Assembly (NCBI GenBank): GCA_039630055.1
Contig: JBCNVN010000005.1
Location: forward strand, 1-52,357
Direction of reading: 5' to 3'
DNA length: 52,357 nucleotides
Origin: Candidatus Caldarchaeales archaeon
Lineage (GTDB): Archaea; Thermoproteota; Nitrososphaeria_A; Caldarchaeales; Wolframiiraptoraceae
In this document: piece after piece, positions 18,957 through 28,791 of the stretch
Layout of the letters: every line of letters starts with the position of its first letter
Position numbering within the stretch: the stretch's first letter is position 1
Translations under genes and position numbers: made by a program
The notes under the pieces: model-generated
What the model saw: only the letters and a program-made list of their open reading frames with translations
Databases searched by the model: none
What the model was told of the DNA's origin: nothing

Positions 18957-19360
18957 AATCATTAGGTACGACCAAGTATAGGATATCTAGAAAGTTTCAA
19001 ACCATTATACTTATCCTCGAGTCCTAATGTAAGGATAGAGGTTACGGGCCACACCCCAGGATCAATCCCTTACCATCATCCTAGAATCTTGAGAAGGCTA
19101 ATATTTCTAGACCGCTGGGCCACGAATATTAGGATGTGGCCCATTTTCAAACCTCCAAAATCATTCTCTAATTCCAGTTTACTTCTCGTTTCAAATCTAG
19201 TCTTTACCTCTCCAATAGCATTCACTGTCCACCGATAATACTACGCATAGTATTTTGAGATCGGCTGAGACCGCATCATATCTGAGAGGATTAGAGGGAT
19301 CCAAAAAGATTTTCAGATCGTCGAAAAATCTTTAACCAAGCTAATAGGATATCTCTGTAG

Positions 19361-19416
19361 ATGATGTGAGCGGGTAAATCGGACTTTCAAGGGATGAAGA
19401 ATGATACCCGGTCTGA
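19361..19416 (+). ncRNA. Box C/D sRNA candidate
   Basis: C-like ATGATGT (19361-67), 12-nt guide, D' CGGA (19380-83), C' ATGAAGA (19394-400), 12-nt guide, D CTGA (19413-16). AAAAATC-TTTAA promoter-like element about 25-30 nt upstream. Confidence 0.65.
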
Positions 19417-19449
19417 TCCATATAAACCAAAAACTCTTCTATACTGTCA

Positions 19450-20403
19450 TCATAATGGTATAATCACATCCCTCAGATCATTCCCCAAGAATACTCTAAA
19501 GCTCCGGCCACTCTCCAATATTACTTCTTCAACCCTTCCCTCCACCATCACCCTATCCCCAATCTCTGCAATCTCTGCGAACCTACTCCTCATAGACATG
19601 GCCGAGGAAACCTTCCAAGCAACTTCATCACCATACAATACTTTTAGAACTTCTAGATCATACATGTTTGGAGTTGTCTTGCTGAATCTTGAACCCGTCA
19701 CCTTACAGACTAGACCCGACCTACCAACCTCTACAACCTTCTGAGATATGTCTTCCCAATACTCGCTGGGTAATGGTACGATCTTCAATGTGTACAATCT
19801 ATCTCTAAAGGTTCCAGTTAACAGTTTTCTAGACTCGATCTCCAGCCACCTCTCTGGAGATAAAGATGAATCCCTTCTAGTTTCGATTATCCAGTCATAC
19901 GTTCTCGCCGGTTTTACAATCCCTCTAATCCTCAGCTCTCTCAACTCATCAATGAGGCTTCTACCATCCTCCAACCCATATACCACTAGGTCTATATCAG
20001 AACTTGGGCTATCTAATCCTAGAAGTATCGATCCAGATACTCCAACCTCTATGCCTATCGATGACTCTATCATCTTCTTGAAGTCTAGAGCGTCTCTACC
20101 AGCTTCAGTAGATGCAGTATAGAACTCTAGAGGATCATATATTCTCTCAACATCTTCTACAGGTACAACTGGTGTAACCTGACCGGTAAAATCAAGCCTC
20201 TCCAAATACTTTGGCTTACTCAATTCTAGATATCTCATAGCCTCTCTAAAACTTCTAATTCTAAGATATCCTCCACTAGATTTTATGTAGACTGGGAGCG
20301 CTATTATCTTATCTCGGGGATGTAGAACACCTTTGACAGCATATATATCTCCATCTACCCTAATATAAGATCCTTCTAGGATCCTATGCCTTCCCGAGCC
20401 CAT
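19450..20403 (-). CDS. Pol-beta-superfamily nucleotidyltransferase (COG1665-like), paralog 1
   Basis: GVSGSILLG...SDIDLVVYG; N-terminal VKGVLHP; OB-like C-terminus. Confidence 0.82.
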   Translation of the reverse strand: MGSGRHRILEGSYIRVDGDIYAVKGVLHPRDKIIALPVYIKSSGGYLRIRSFREAMRYLELSKPKYLERLDFTGQVTPVVPVEDVERIYDPLEFYTASTEAGRDALDFKKMIESSIGIEVGVSGSILLGLDSPSSDIDLVVYGLEDGRSLIDELRELRIRGIVKPARTYDWIIETRRDSSLSPERWLEIESRKLLTGTFRDRLYTLKIVPLPSEYWEDISQKVVEVGRSGLVCKVTGSRFSKTTPNMYDLEVLKVLYGDEVAWKVSSAMSMRSRFAEIAEIGDRVMVEGRVEEVILESGRSFRVFLGNDLRDVIIPL

Positions 20404-20417
20404 TAAACATACTGCCT

Positions 20418-22943
20418 CTAAGCCTTCTTACTCCTCCTCTTAAACACTCTGCTAACAATCACAACGATCGCTACTATAGTTATTATCGGGATCAAATTCG
20501 ATGTGATAGTAAATATGTCGGAGAGATTTATGACCACCCCAGCTATATCGATATACTCTAATCTAACTTCATTCAGTCCGCCGGGCCCCGTCCTTATAGA
20601 GCTCGACAACCCTCTACTCTTCACCTCTACATCGTAAAAAGGTAGCATTATCACATCTTTAAAGAATGCTATACCATTCATATCCGTCTTCTGCTTGGAT
20701 AAAGGTACTCCAAGATAGCTTAGAGAGACGTCTGCTCCCTTTACTGGGTTCTCAAAAAAGTCTACCACCTTGACCGTTAAATTAGTTCTCAAAAGAGTAT
20801 AGTTGAATGTTTGTCCTTTAAAATCTACCTCCATGCTTGATGCAGCGATCCTAGTATACGGATAGAAGATAGTTATCGAGTATTTTGAGAAGAATGATTT
20901 CTTGAATAAGGCTACCCCATTGGAGTCTGTGAAGACTCTTCTTCTCTCTCCACCTTGTTCTACTGCTTCAACCTCTGCATCCTCAACCGGTTTACCATCA
21001 ATCCACTTAACCTCTATCCTCATATCTGCAACTGGAAGCTTTATCTCAGTCCTGCCGTAGAGTTCCTCAGTCCTCAAAGTTTCATTGAATAGTTCTCTAC
21101 CTGTTAAGAAGTCTCTTATAACTATCTTGCATAATCCTTCTGGAACATAATCTATCTTTATCAAATTTGTCGCTCTCTCCTCGAATATTCTACCTGCAGG
21201 GTCTATGAGAGAGTAGTTCACCGTATATTCTTCACCATCAAAGTCGATCAACCTGATGTCCAGATCGTAGACATCCGATCTTAAGACATCTACTATAGAG
21301 CCCTCAACAACTATCTCGCCTCTATATATCTCTGTTCGAAGCCACTCTACCGAGACATCATATTCATCTCTAGGCACACCTGAGAAGATCACAACCCCTA
21401 TTTCATCTGTCTCGGAATATATAGGACCAAACCTTACAATAGCATCTTCTATAGGTTTCCCAGTAGCGCTCACGATCATAAGCTTTACAGAATGTATCGG
21501 TAACTGCATTAGGCTTCTCTCGCCAGGTTTGAAAACTCCACTATGCTCGACGATGTTCTTGAAGACCTTCGAGTAGTTGACAGCTCTAACACTATACTCT
21601 AGTATTGGCAACTGGGTAATGTTGAGCAGTCCGCTTCTAGAGTATATGTTTCCAAAGCTTGTCTCAAGGTTGGGCCCCATGACAGTGAAGTTTGCTCCAA
21701 CCATGTTTCCACCAGTATCGATTGCTTGAACAATCAGATCTCCTACGGGAAGCTTCAAGACGTGCTCCACCGCCGGCTTCGTTATCCAAGGATATATTGT
21801 TGGATGGTATCCGGTCCAGAGCCACCCATCAAATATCTTGAGACCCTTCCAGAAGACCTGGGCTGTATGATTCCCTTGAGGTACCATTAGATAGGTAGTC
21901 TCTCCACCTTTAGCGATCTTTTCAAACCCGTCAAACGCTACTAGTGCTCCATTCAATGGTCTTCCATAAATATCTCTAAGCTTGATCTTCAAGGTAAATA
22001 AACCAGTCTTAAGATTTTTCGATCTAGCGAGATCAAGTGCCCAATGCTGTTCAAAATGTATGAATGGATACATCTGTCTATAGCTACTATTCCAGTATAC
22101 TTCCACCTCATATTTATCATCGTAGAGTCTATGTATTTTTATCGTCCCATTCTCAGGGGTAACATACACTCTTCTCTCATAGTAGTACATCAATCTAGTT
22201 ATAACTACTTTGGCATAGGGTATTGGATTCAACCCATCAAAATCTGTAATGGTTAGGTTGAAGGTTCTATAAGGCTGTATCTCTACATGGTTCTCTGCTA
22301 TCGGATATTCTTCAAGAGTATACTCAAGCCATCCAGGGAAGATCAATCTAACATCTATTGATGGTTTAGTCTTTATCTCTTCACTGGGAATGTCTTCCGG
22401 AATATATACTTTGAAGCTTAAGATCGTGCTAGATCTAGGGTCTCGACCATCAAGTATATAGTTCATCGGATTGAAAGCTTCAAGAGTCCTCCTAGAACTA
22501 TTCCAGAAGATCATGCCTCTACCTATTTCCTTGAATGGAAACCATAATCCTACGGAGACTATATCAGTCTTTTCTCCAACACATGAATCTATCACCGTTA
22601 GACTATAGTCTCCATATATCTCTCCATCTCTACCCCATAGATTCCTAACCCTCAAATCATATCTTCTAATCCATTCATCTCTCTTCATCTCTTCAGCTCT
22701 CTTGATAATCTCCTCGATAAAACTCTCGTTAACTGAGTTGAACTCTACGAGGTAGCTCCTCCTATCACTACAGTCTAAGTTGGTAATATTGACATATACG
22801 CTGCCCCACTCTCCCATGTAGAGCCAGCTTGGAAGTATAACTATCCTCAAACTCCACATGGGTTGGGCTGAGCCCTCAAAAACCATATTAGAGGCTAAGA
22901 CTAATAGTATAAGCAGAGTGGCTGAGAATATCTTAACCTTCAA
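20418..22943 (-). CDS. Large surface protein with tandem carboxypeptidase-regulatory-like beta-sandwich repeats
   Basis: Signal peptide; repeated D..G.P...A.V...TD..G...F units; C-terminal TM and FKRRSKKA. Confidence 0.8.
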   Translation of the reverse strand: MKVKIFSATLLILLVLASNMVFEGSAQPMWSLRIVILPSWLYMGEWGSVYVNITNLDCSDRRSYLVEFNSVNESFIEEIIKRAEEMKRDEWIRRYDLRVRNLWGRDGEIYGDYSLTVIDSCVGEKTDIVSVGLWFPFKEIGRGMIFWNSSRRTLEAFNPMNYILDGRDPRSSTILSFKVYIPEDIPSEEIKTKPSIDVRLIFPGWLEYTLEEYPIAENHVEIQPYRTFNLTITDFDGLNPIPYAKVVITRLMYYYERRVYVTPENGTIKIHRLYDDKYEVEVYWNSSYRQMYPFIHFEQHWALDLARSKNLKTGLFTLKIKLRDIYGRPLNGALVAFDGFEKIAKGGETTYLMVPQGNHTAQVFWKGLKIFDGWLWTGYHPTIYPWITKPAVEHVLKLPVGDLIVQAIDTGGNMVGANFTVMGPNLETSFGNIYSRSGLLNITQLPILEYSVRAVNYSKVFKNIVEHSGVFKPGERSLMQLPIHSVKLMIVSATGKPIEDAIVRFGPIYSETDEIGVVIFSGVPRDEYDVSVEWLRTEIYRGEIVVEGSIVDVLRSDVYDLDIRLIDFDGEEYTVNYSLIDPAGRIFEERATNLIKIDYVPEGLCKIVIRDFLTGRELFNETLRTEELYGRTEIKLPVADMRIEVKWIDGKPVEDAEVEAVEQGGERRRVFTDSNGVALFKKSFFSKYSITIFYPYTRIAASSMEVDFKGQTFNYTLLRTNLTVKVVDFFENPVKGADVSLSYLGVPLSKQKTDMNGIAFFKDVIMLPFYDVEVKSRGLSSSIRTGPGGLNEVRLEYIDIAGVVINLSDIFTITSNLIPIITIVAIVVIVSRVFKRRSKKA

Positions 22944-23213
22944 GTATCTCCCTCCAGACTATTTCTGTGAAGAGACATCTATGAAGAGTTGGTCTAAGAT
23001 GATGAATAAAGCTTTCTAAGACTTTTCTCTCCATACGATCCACCTTACTAGAATAGAAATACTTCTCTATCTCCAATCCTTATACAAATATTGTACATTG
23101 ATAATTATAAGAATTAATAGATCTATGCTTGAGCTCATAAAGTTTCTAAACAGTAATATACATTATCTAGACCATATTAGAGTTTACATAGAGGCTTTTG
23201 GGAAAGATTATAT

Positions 23214-23930
23214 TTGCGAGATCCTAGATCAACTTGTTTGAAGAATATTAGGAGACTCCATATTAAAAGTTTTGAGATAATGATCTTAATAGATTCCAAA
23301 GTATATAGACCATCATTTACAAGTATTTTGATAGCTAAGAATATCCCAGATCTAGATGGTTTAGATGTACTCGATATCGGCACAGGCTCAGGTATACTCA
23401 CGATCGTTGCCTCAAAACTTAAAGCACGGAAGATTATCGCTACCGACATCTCGACTAGAGCTTTAAAAAACGCTTATGAAAACTTCAAGATAAATAATGT
23501 GTGGAACGCTGAGCTAAGGCTTGGAAGCATCTACCAGCCATTAAAAGATGAGAAGTTCAACCTTATCATCTCTAACCCACCTATGACGCCTTCAGATAAG
23601 CCAGCTCCTAGATATACTTGGGGCGGCCACGATGGTAGGAGAATATTGGATGAGGTTATAAGGGGTGCTCCCAAATATCTAAAAAATGGTGGAAGATTAA
23701 TTATTCCAACCATCTCTATTATCGGTATCGGGAAGACTTATAGAACCTTGCTGGATCATGGTTTCAAGGTCAAAGTACTTGATTATGGTTATCATCCGTT
23801 CAGTAGGAGGCTCCTAAGCCTGAAGAAGCATATCGATAGTCTTGAAGATGCTGACTACTTCTACGATCTTCATGGAAGACCATGTTGGAGGATAGTATTG
23901 TTTGAAGCTATCTTGACAGAGCATCAATAA
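23214..23930 (+). CDS. HemK/PrmC-like SAM-dependent methyltransferase
   Basis: VYRP, VLDIGTGSG, NPPM and WGGHDGR motifs. True start may be ATG 23280. Confidence 0.82.
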   Translation: MRDPRSTCLKNIRRLHIKSFEIMILIDSKVYRPSFTSILIAKNIPDLDGLDVLDIGTGSGILTIVASKLKARKIIATDISTRALKNAYENFKINNVWNAELRLGSIYQPLKDEKFNLIISNPPMTPSDKPAPRYTWGGHDGRRILDEVIRGAPKYLKNGGRLIIPTISIIGIGKTYRTLLDHGFKVKVLDYGYHPFSRRLLSLKKHIDSLEDADYFYDLHGRPCWRIVLFEAILTEHQ

Positions 23931-25107
23931 CAGCTTGTCCAAGCCTTCTAATACCCTTTCTTATATTCTCTACAGAGTTTGCGAAACACATCCTAATGTA
24001 TCCTTCACCATATGTTCCCATGGCAGTTCCATGGAGGAAGGCTACACCATAATTCTCGATCAGGTCGAGTACAAACTCTTCAGAATTCATCTTTTTATGA
24101 TTCAAGATATGGCTTACATCTATAAATGCATAGAAAGCTCCAGAAGGCTTCGTAAACCTTATCCCATCAATCTTTGATAACTCTTCAACCACTACGTTTC
24201 TCCTCTTCTCATACTCTCTAATCATACTGTATACGGGTTCTTGAGACCCTCTTAAAGCTGATATCGCTGCATACTGAACAAAGGATGCAGGGCATGAAGT
24301 CATGATATTTAATAGTTTGACCACATACTGATGTAACTCTTTAGAGACCGCTAGATATCCAATCCTCCATCCAGTCATAGCATACCTCTTAGAGAAACCA
24401 TCTATCAAGATTATCTTATCTATATCTGAGGCATAGTTGAGTGGTGAATAGTGTTTTAAGTTATCGAAGAGTATCGGTCTATATATCTCATCGGATAAGA
24501 TGTAGAATTCATGATCTTCTGCAAGTTCGACCACCCCCTTGACATCTTCACTAGACATAGTAGAACCACATGGATTATTTGGAGAGTTCAAGACAACTAT
24601 CTTCGTCTTATGGGTTAACATCTCAGCCAACTTCTCCGGCTTAATAGAGAAACCATCTTCCGGTACCAGTTTATATGGGATCGCTTTTGCACCTGCATAT
24701 TCTGCTGCAGAACTATATGCTGGATAGCCTGGATTGGGATAGATTACTTCATCTCCTTCATCTAGGATAGCGAGCATCGCTGCAAATATTCCCTGTTTAG
24801 CACCAACCGTTACAGCTATATTACTTCTCCAATCATAATCTACCCTATAAACTTCTTTGAGATGGTCCACTATAGCCTCTCTAAGCTCAGGTATACCTGG
24901 AGTTGGAGTATAGTGGGTCTCACCTCTTCTTAAAGCTTCTATCCCTGCCTCTTTAATATGTTGGGGTGTATCAAAGTCAGGCTCACCTATCTCTAGATGG
25001 ACAACATCTACACCTTTCCTCTCAACCATCTTCGCCTTCTCAAGAACAACAAAAGCGGCCTCTGCTTTTAGACCAATTACACGACTTGACATCTTCATAT
25101 ATGTCAT
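23908..25107 (-). CDS. PLP-dependent class I/II aminotransferase (aspartate aminotransferase-like)
   Basis: IGEPDF, NSPNNP, SDEIY and GFSKRYAMTGWRIG motifs. Confidence 0.95.
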   Translation of the reverse strand: MTYMKMSSRVIGLKAEAAFVVLEKAKMVERKGVDVVHLEIGEPDFDTPQHIKEAGIEALRRGETHYTPTPGIPELREAIVDHLKEVYRVDYDWRSNIAVTVGAKQGIFAAMLAILDEGDEVIYPNPGYPAYSSAAEYAGAKAIPYKLVPEDGFSIKPEKLAEMLTHKTKIVVLNSPNNPCGSTMSSEDVKGVVELAEDHEFYILSDEIYRPILFDNLKHYSPLNYASDIDKIILIDGFSKRYAMTGWRIGYLAVSKELHQYVVKLLNIMTSCPASFVQYAAISALRGSQEPVYSMIREYEKRRNVVVEELSKIDGIRFTKPSGAFYAFIDVSHILNHKKMNSEEFVLDLIENYGVAFLHGTAMGTYGEGYIRMCFANSVENIRKGIRRLGQAVIDALSR

Positions 25108-25196
25108 ATCATATATGTGTGATGCAATAATTAAATCTACTGTCTCATTAAATGTTTGTCTAATGGTTAATACTATTATTTGAGATAGAGATGCTT

Positions 25197-26114
25197 TTAT
25201 GGTTTAGGTAACTGTGATGAGCTTGTAGCAATCCTAGCAGAGGTCAAGCCATCCATAATATATCCAATGGACATTTTTGGAGTGTTGTGAGCGAACCCTA
25301 TACGGTAGAACTTATCAGCTGCGATAGCTCCTAGTGGGCATTTGTTAAAACGGTTGTTAACTATCTGCATCAGTCTATCTACAGCTTCTTGAGCTGAGTA
25401 TCCCATCTCCATACTGAAACAAACATAACGTGCAGCTGTAATTCTTATCGCAATCTCACCTATTCCAGTAATAGCTGCTCCACCAGAACTATTATCAGCA
25501 TATATCCCTGCACCGATAACAGCTGTATCACTTATTCTTCCTGGAGATTTAAGTGGTAGGCCTCCTGTGCTACTGGCTGAGGCCACATTTCCATCCTTAT
25601 CTATAGCTACTGCTCCCACAGTCTCGAGCAGAATATTCTGTCCTCTCCCATTTCTACCATCAATATTCGATTGGAGGGCTTTAATCCACATCGCTCTTCT
25701 CTCTTCAGTTAGAGGGTCTGCAACTTCTAATCCATCTAGAATTCCCCTCTTCTCTATCTCCCATCCTGCATAGAAGAGATGTCTATCTTTCTCCATTATG
25801 AGCCGTGCCAATCTTATGGGATTCTTGATTATAGTTAACTGTGCAACAGCTCCAGCCTTTAGAGTCTTGCCATCCATTATCGATGAATCCATCTCTATGT
25901 AACCTTTCATGTTTGGAACAGATCCTAATCCAGCATTGAACATCTTGGAATCTTCTAATCTCTTAACTGTCACCTCTACAGAATCGATAGCGTTTCCATT
26001 CTTTAATGCTCTCACCCCTTCCCATAAAGCATCTTCTAGTTCTCTCTTCTTCGGCTCATCTAGTTCTCTAGACCAGTCTCCACATCCTCCATGAGCTATC
26101 AGAAGCCAAGTCAT
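25197..26114 (-). CDS. Isoaspartyl peptidase/L-asparaginase (Ntn-hydrolase)
   Basis: HGG, FNAGLGS, autoprocessing site E/TVGAVA, STGG, PGRISDT, TGIGE. Confidence 0.92.
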   Translation of the reverse strand: MTWLLIAHGGCGDWSRELDEPKKRELEDALWEGVRALKNGNAIDSVEVTVKRLEDSKMFNAGLGSVPNMKGYIEMDSSIMDGKTLKAGAVAQLTIIKNPIRLARLIMEKDRHLFYAGWEIEKRGILDGLEVADPLTEERRAMWIKALQSNIDGRNGRGQNILLETVGAVAIDKDGNVASASSTGGLPLKSPGRISDTAVIGAGIYADNSSGGAAITGIGEIAIRITAARYVCFSMEMGYSAQEAVDRLMQIVNNRFNKCPLGAIAADKFYRIGFAHNTPKMSIGYIMDGLTSARIATSSSQLPKP

Positions 26115-26302
26115 CTACTGTTAGACATCCCGAAACTAGATATAACTATTATCCGAAATAGAATAGAGAGGAGCCTTGTGTAAATCTTCAGTCTTTGAGA
26201 TGGGGGTTGATAGGTCATTGACCAATGTGCTGGTTAGAATTTCAGTAAAATGACTAAACTTCATGTTTAAACACGTCTTTCTATCAGCTTTCACAGAGAG
26301 AT

Positions 26303-26319
26303 GGAAAAAATATTTATAA
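26303..26319 (+). promoter_or_regulatory. BRE-TATA of puuE (leaderless)
   Basis: GGAAAAAATA-TTTATAA centred about 27 nt before the ATG at 26343. Confidence 0.55.
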
Positions 26320-26342
26320 CGACTAGGTTAAGCTAATATCGT

Positions 26343-27281
26343 ATGCCCAAGAGTGAGCTCGGAATCTTCAAGAGAGATTTTATCGGATATGGTGAGCATC
26401 CACCCAAGATAGCCTGGCCCAATAATGCTAGGATAGCCGTCCAGATAGTTGTAAATTATGAAGCTGGGAGTGAGAGGCATGTCTTAGAAGGAGATGAATC
26501 ACCTGAAACATATGGTGAGTTCGCAGCCTATGGTGCTCCCACTAAGAGAGATTTAGCCATGGACTCTATATTCGAGTATGGGAGTAGGGTTGGAGTATGG
26601 AGATTTCTGAGGATCTTTAAGAAGCATGATGTTAAGGTTACTTTCTTCGCTACGGCCAGAGCTTTGGAGAAGAATCCTGTACTGGCTAGACGGATAGTTG
26701 AAGAAGGACATGAGGTGTGTAGTCATGGATATCGCTGGATCGAACACTATACTCTAACAGTAGATGAGGAGAGGGAAGTAATAAGAAAGGCTGTTGAGAC
26801 GATCGAGAAGCTTACAGGTCAGAGACCTCTTGGATGGTACTGTCGAGAACCAAGCGTCAATACAATAAAACTACTGATTGAAGAGGGAGGATTCCTCTAC
26901 AACTCAGATATATACAATGATGATCTACCATATTACTGTGAGTATAATGGGAGACAGATCTTACTGATTCCGTATACCCCAGATGCTAACGACTTCCACT
27001 TCTTCTCCAATAGATTTACAACTGCCGAGGACTTCTTTACATATCTAAAAGATACTTTTGACTTACTCTATGAGGAAGGTAGAGAAAACCCTAAGATGAT
27101 GTCGATAGGCCTACATGATAGAATATCGAGCAGACCTGGAAGAGCGATTGGAATAGATAAATTTCTATCCTATATTAAATCTTATAGAGATGTGTGGATA
27201 GCTAGAAGAATCGATATCGCTCGATGGTGGTGGGAAAATTATCCACCCTCAAAGATCCCTTATAGGCTAATTATAGATTGA
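26343..27281 (+). CDS. puuE: PuuE-type allantoinase / polysaccharide deacetylase-fold protein
   Basis: RDFIGYG..PP...WP, VNYEAG, EYGSRVG, HGYRW, PKMMSIGLH.R..RPGR and DIARWW motifs. Confidence 0.85.
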   Translation: MPKSELGIFKRDFIGYGEHPPKIAWPNNARIAVQIVVNYEAGSERHVLEGDESPETYGEFAAYGAPTKRDLAMDSIFEYGSRVGVWRFLRIFKKHDVKVTFFATARALEKNPVLARRIVEEGHEVCSHGYRWIEHYTLTVDEEREVIRKAVETIEKLTGQRPLGWYCREPSVNTIKLLIEEGGFLYNSDIYNDDLPYYCEYNGRQILLIPYTPDANDFHFFSNRFTTAEDFFTYLKDTFDLLYEEGRENPKMMSIGLHDRISSRPGRAIGIDKFLSYIKSYRDVWIARRIDIARWWWENYPPSKIPYRLIID

Positions 27282-27380
27282 AAATGATAAAAATTGGAAA
27301 TGATAAAATAGAAAAACTATATATATGTTAAACTTCTAAGGATTACCAAGGAAAAGGAGGGAGTTCAACTGGAAGATAAG

Positions 27381-28727
27381 ATCGAGAAATTACTTTACAA
27401 GAAGATTAGCAGGAGACAGGCGGTAAGTAAAGCTGCTACTTTAGGGGCAGTAGTCGGGGTGGGAGTAGTAGCAGGCGTGGCAGGATATTTTGCTGGTACA
27501 TCTACGGCACCCGTGCAAACTGTTACCCAGACCGTTGCAGGTGCAGAGAGAACAGTTACAACTACCATAACCCAGGCTATCACTAAAACCGTTACCGCTG
27601 AGCTACCTAGAGGGCCGATAAAGATTGGAACTGTCCAGAACTTAACTGGAGGCATGGCCTTCATAGATGCTCCAGCCTTGAATGGAATAAATCTTGCTGC
27701 CAAACAGTGGAATGAACAGGGTGGAGTTCTAAATAGAGAGATACAGATACTTGCTGTAGATACTAAGACTGATCAAGCGGAGGCTGCGGCCGGCGCGAAG
27801 AGATTAGTAGAACAAGGCGTCTCAGCCATTATAGGTTATGGTGATACAACCTTCGCTCTAGCGGCTGCACCTGCTGCACAACAAGCTAAAGTGGTCTTCG
27901 TAACTCAGGGAGCTACGCATCCCAGACTTCCAGAGTTTATAGGCGACTACTTCTTCATGACGCCCTTCGGCGACAATGATCAAGCAGCGGCCATGGCGGA
28001 GTATGCTGTCAAGACACTAGGTTACAAGACCGCGGTCATATGGGTTGATTATGCCATGGACTTTAGCGTAGCCGTCTGCAGCTACTTCTTAGATGCTTTC
28101 CAATATTGGGGTGGAAAGGTATTATATGTAGACCGATTTAAGACCGATGATACAGACTTCTCCGCCCAGATCTCCAGATTCCTCGCCAGCTCACCTAAAC
28201 CAGACTTTCTATATCTAGGCTCAACACCAGGAAATGTTGGGATAATGGTTAAACAGATTAGAGAGGCTGGGATAACTACGCCGATAATCGGTCAAGATGG
28301 TTTCGATACACCTGAAGGGCTTGTAGGTGTAGCCAAAGAAGCTGCTGAAGGCATAATATTCACAACACATGTCTCATTGTTTGATCCAGATTCTAGAGTC
28401 ACTAGATTCGTTGAAGCATATAGGAAAGAGTATGGAAAAGATCCTGAGAATGCCTTTGCAGCACTTGGATACGATGCATTGAACCTGATTCTCAACGCTA
28501 TTTCGAGAGCTGGGTCAGATCGGCCGTCTGATATAAAGGCGGCGTTGGAGAAGACTAAGAACTTTCCGGGAGTAACTGGGGATATCACGCTCTCACCTGA
28601 GAGACATGTACCATTCAAGAGCGTAGCAATATTGAAGGTTGAAGGTGGAAAGTTTATGCCACTGGCAAAGCTGGTCTCCTCCTATACACCCGACCCCAAG
28701 AAGGATAAGATAATCCTAGAATTCTAG
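27381..28727 (+). CDS. Branched-chain amino acid-type ABC substrate-binding protein with Tat leader; start codon unresolved
   Basis: LivJ/K-like domain. In-frame upstream KKISRRQAVSKAATLGAVVGVG Tat leader, bounded by TAA at 27375. First canonical start is GTG 27459. Confidence 0.88.
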   Translation: MEKLLYKKISRRQAVSKAATLGAVVGVGVVAGVAGYFAGTSTAPVQTVTQTVAGAERTVTTTITQAITKTVTAELPRGPIKIGTVQNLTGGMAFIDAPALNGINLAAKQWNEQGGVLNREIQILAVDTKTDQAEAAAGAKRLVEQGVSAIIGYGDTTFALAAAPAAQQAKVVFVTQGATHPRLPEFIGDYFFMTPFGDNDQAAAMAEYAVKTLGYKTAVIWVDYAMDFSVAVCSYFLDAFQYWGGKVLYVDRFKTDDTDFSAQISRFLASSPKPDFLYLGSTPGNVGIMVKQIREAGITTPIIGQDGFDTPEGLVGVAKEAAEGIIFTTHVSLFDPDSRVTRFVEAYRKEYGKDPENAFAALGYDALNLILNAISRAGSDRPSDIKAALEKTKNFPGVTGDITLSPERHVPFKSVAILKVEGGKFMPLAKLVSSYTPDPKKDKIILEF

Positions 28728-28791
28728 ATCGACCCATATTAGAGAAAATCTATATACCTAGTTTTTCCACCCCTTTTTATGGAGATAAGAA

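Noticed and set aside
22965-23020. ATGAAGA/ATGATGA box-C-like words (also at 34081 and 45678)
   Set aside because: No CTGA D box at proper guide spacing.
25600-25630. Glu instead of Asp before the Ntn nucleophile Thr (ETVGAVA)
   Set aside because: The residue before the nucleophile varies among prokaryotic homologs; Thr and the other motifs are intact.
27282-27308. AAATGATAAAA direct repeat upstream of the ABC promoter
   Set aside because: A-rich low complexity with only two copies; not distinguishable from chance.
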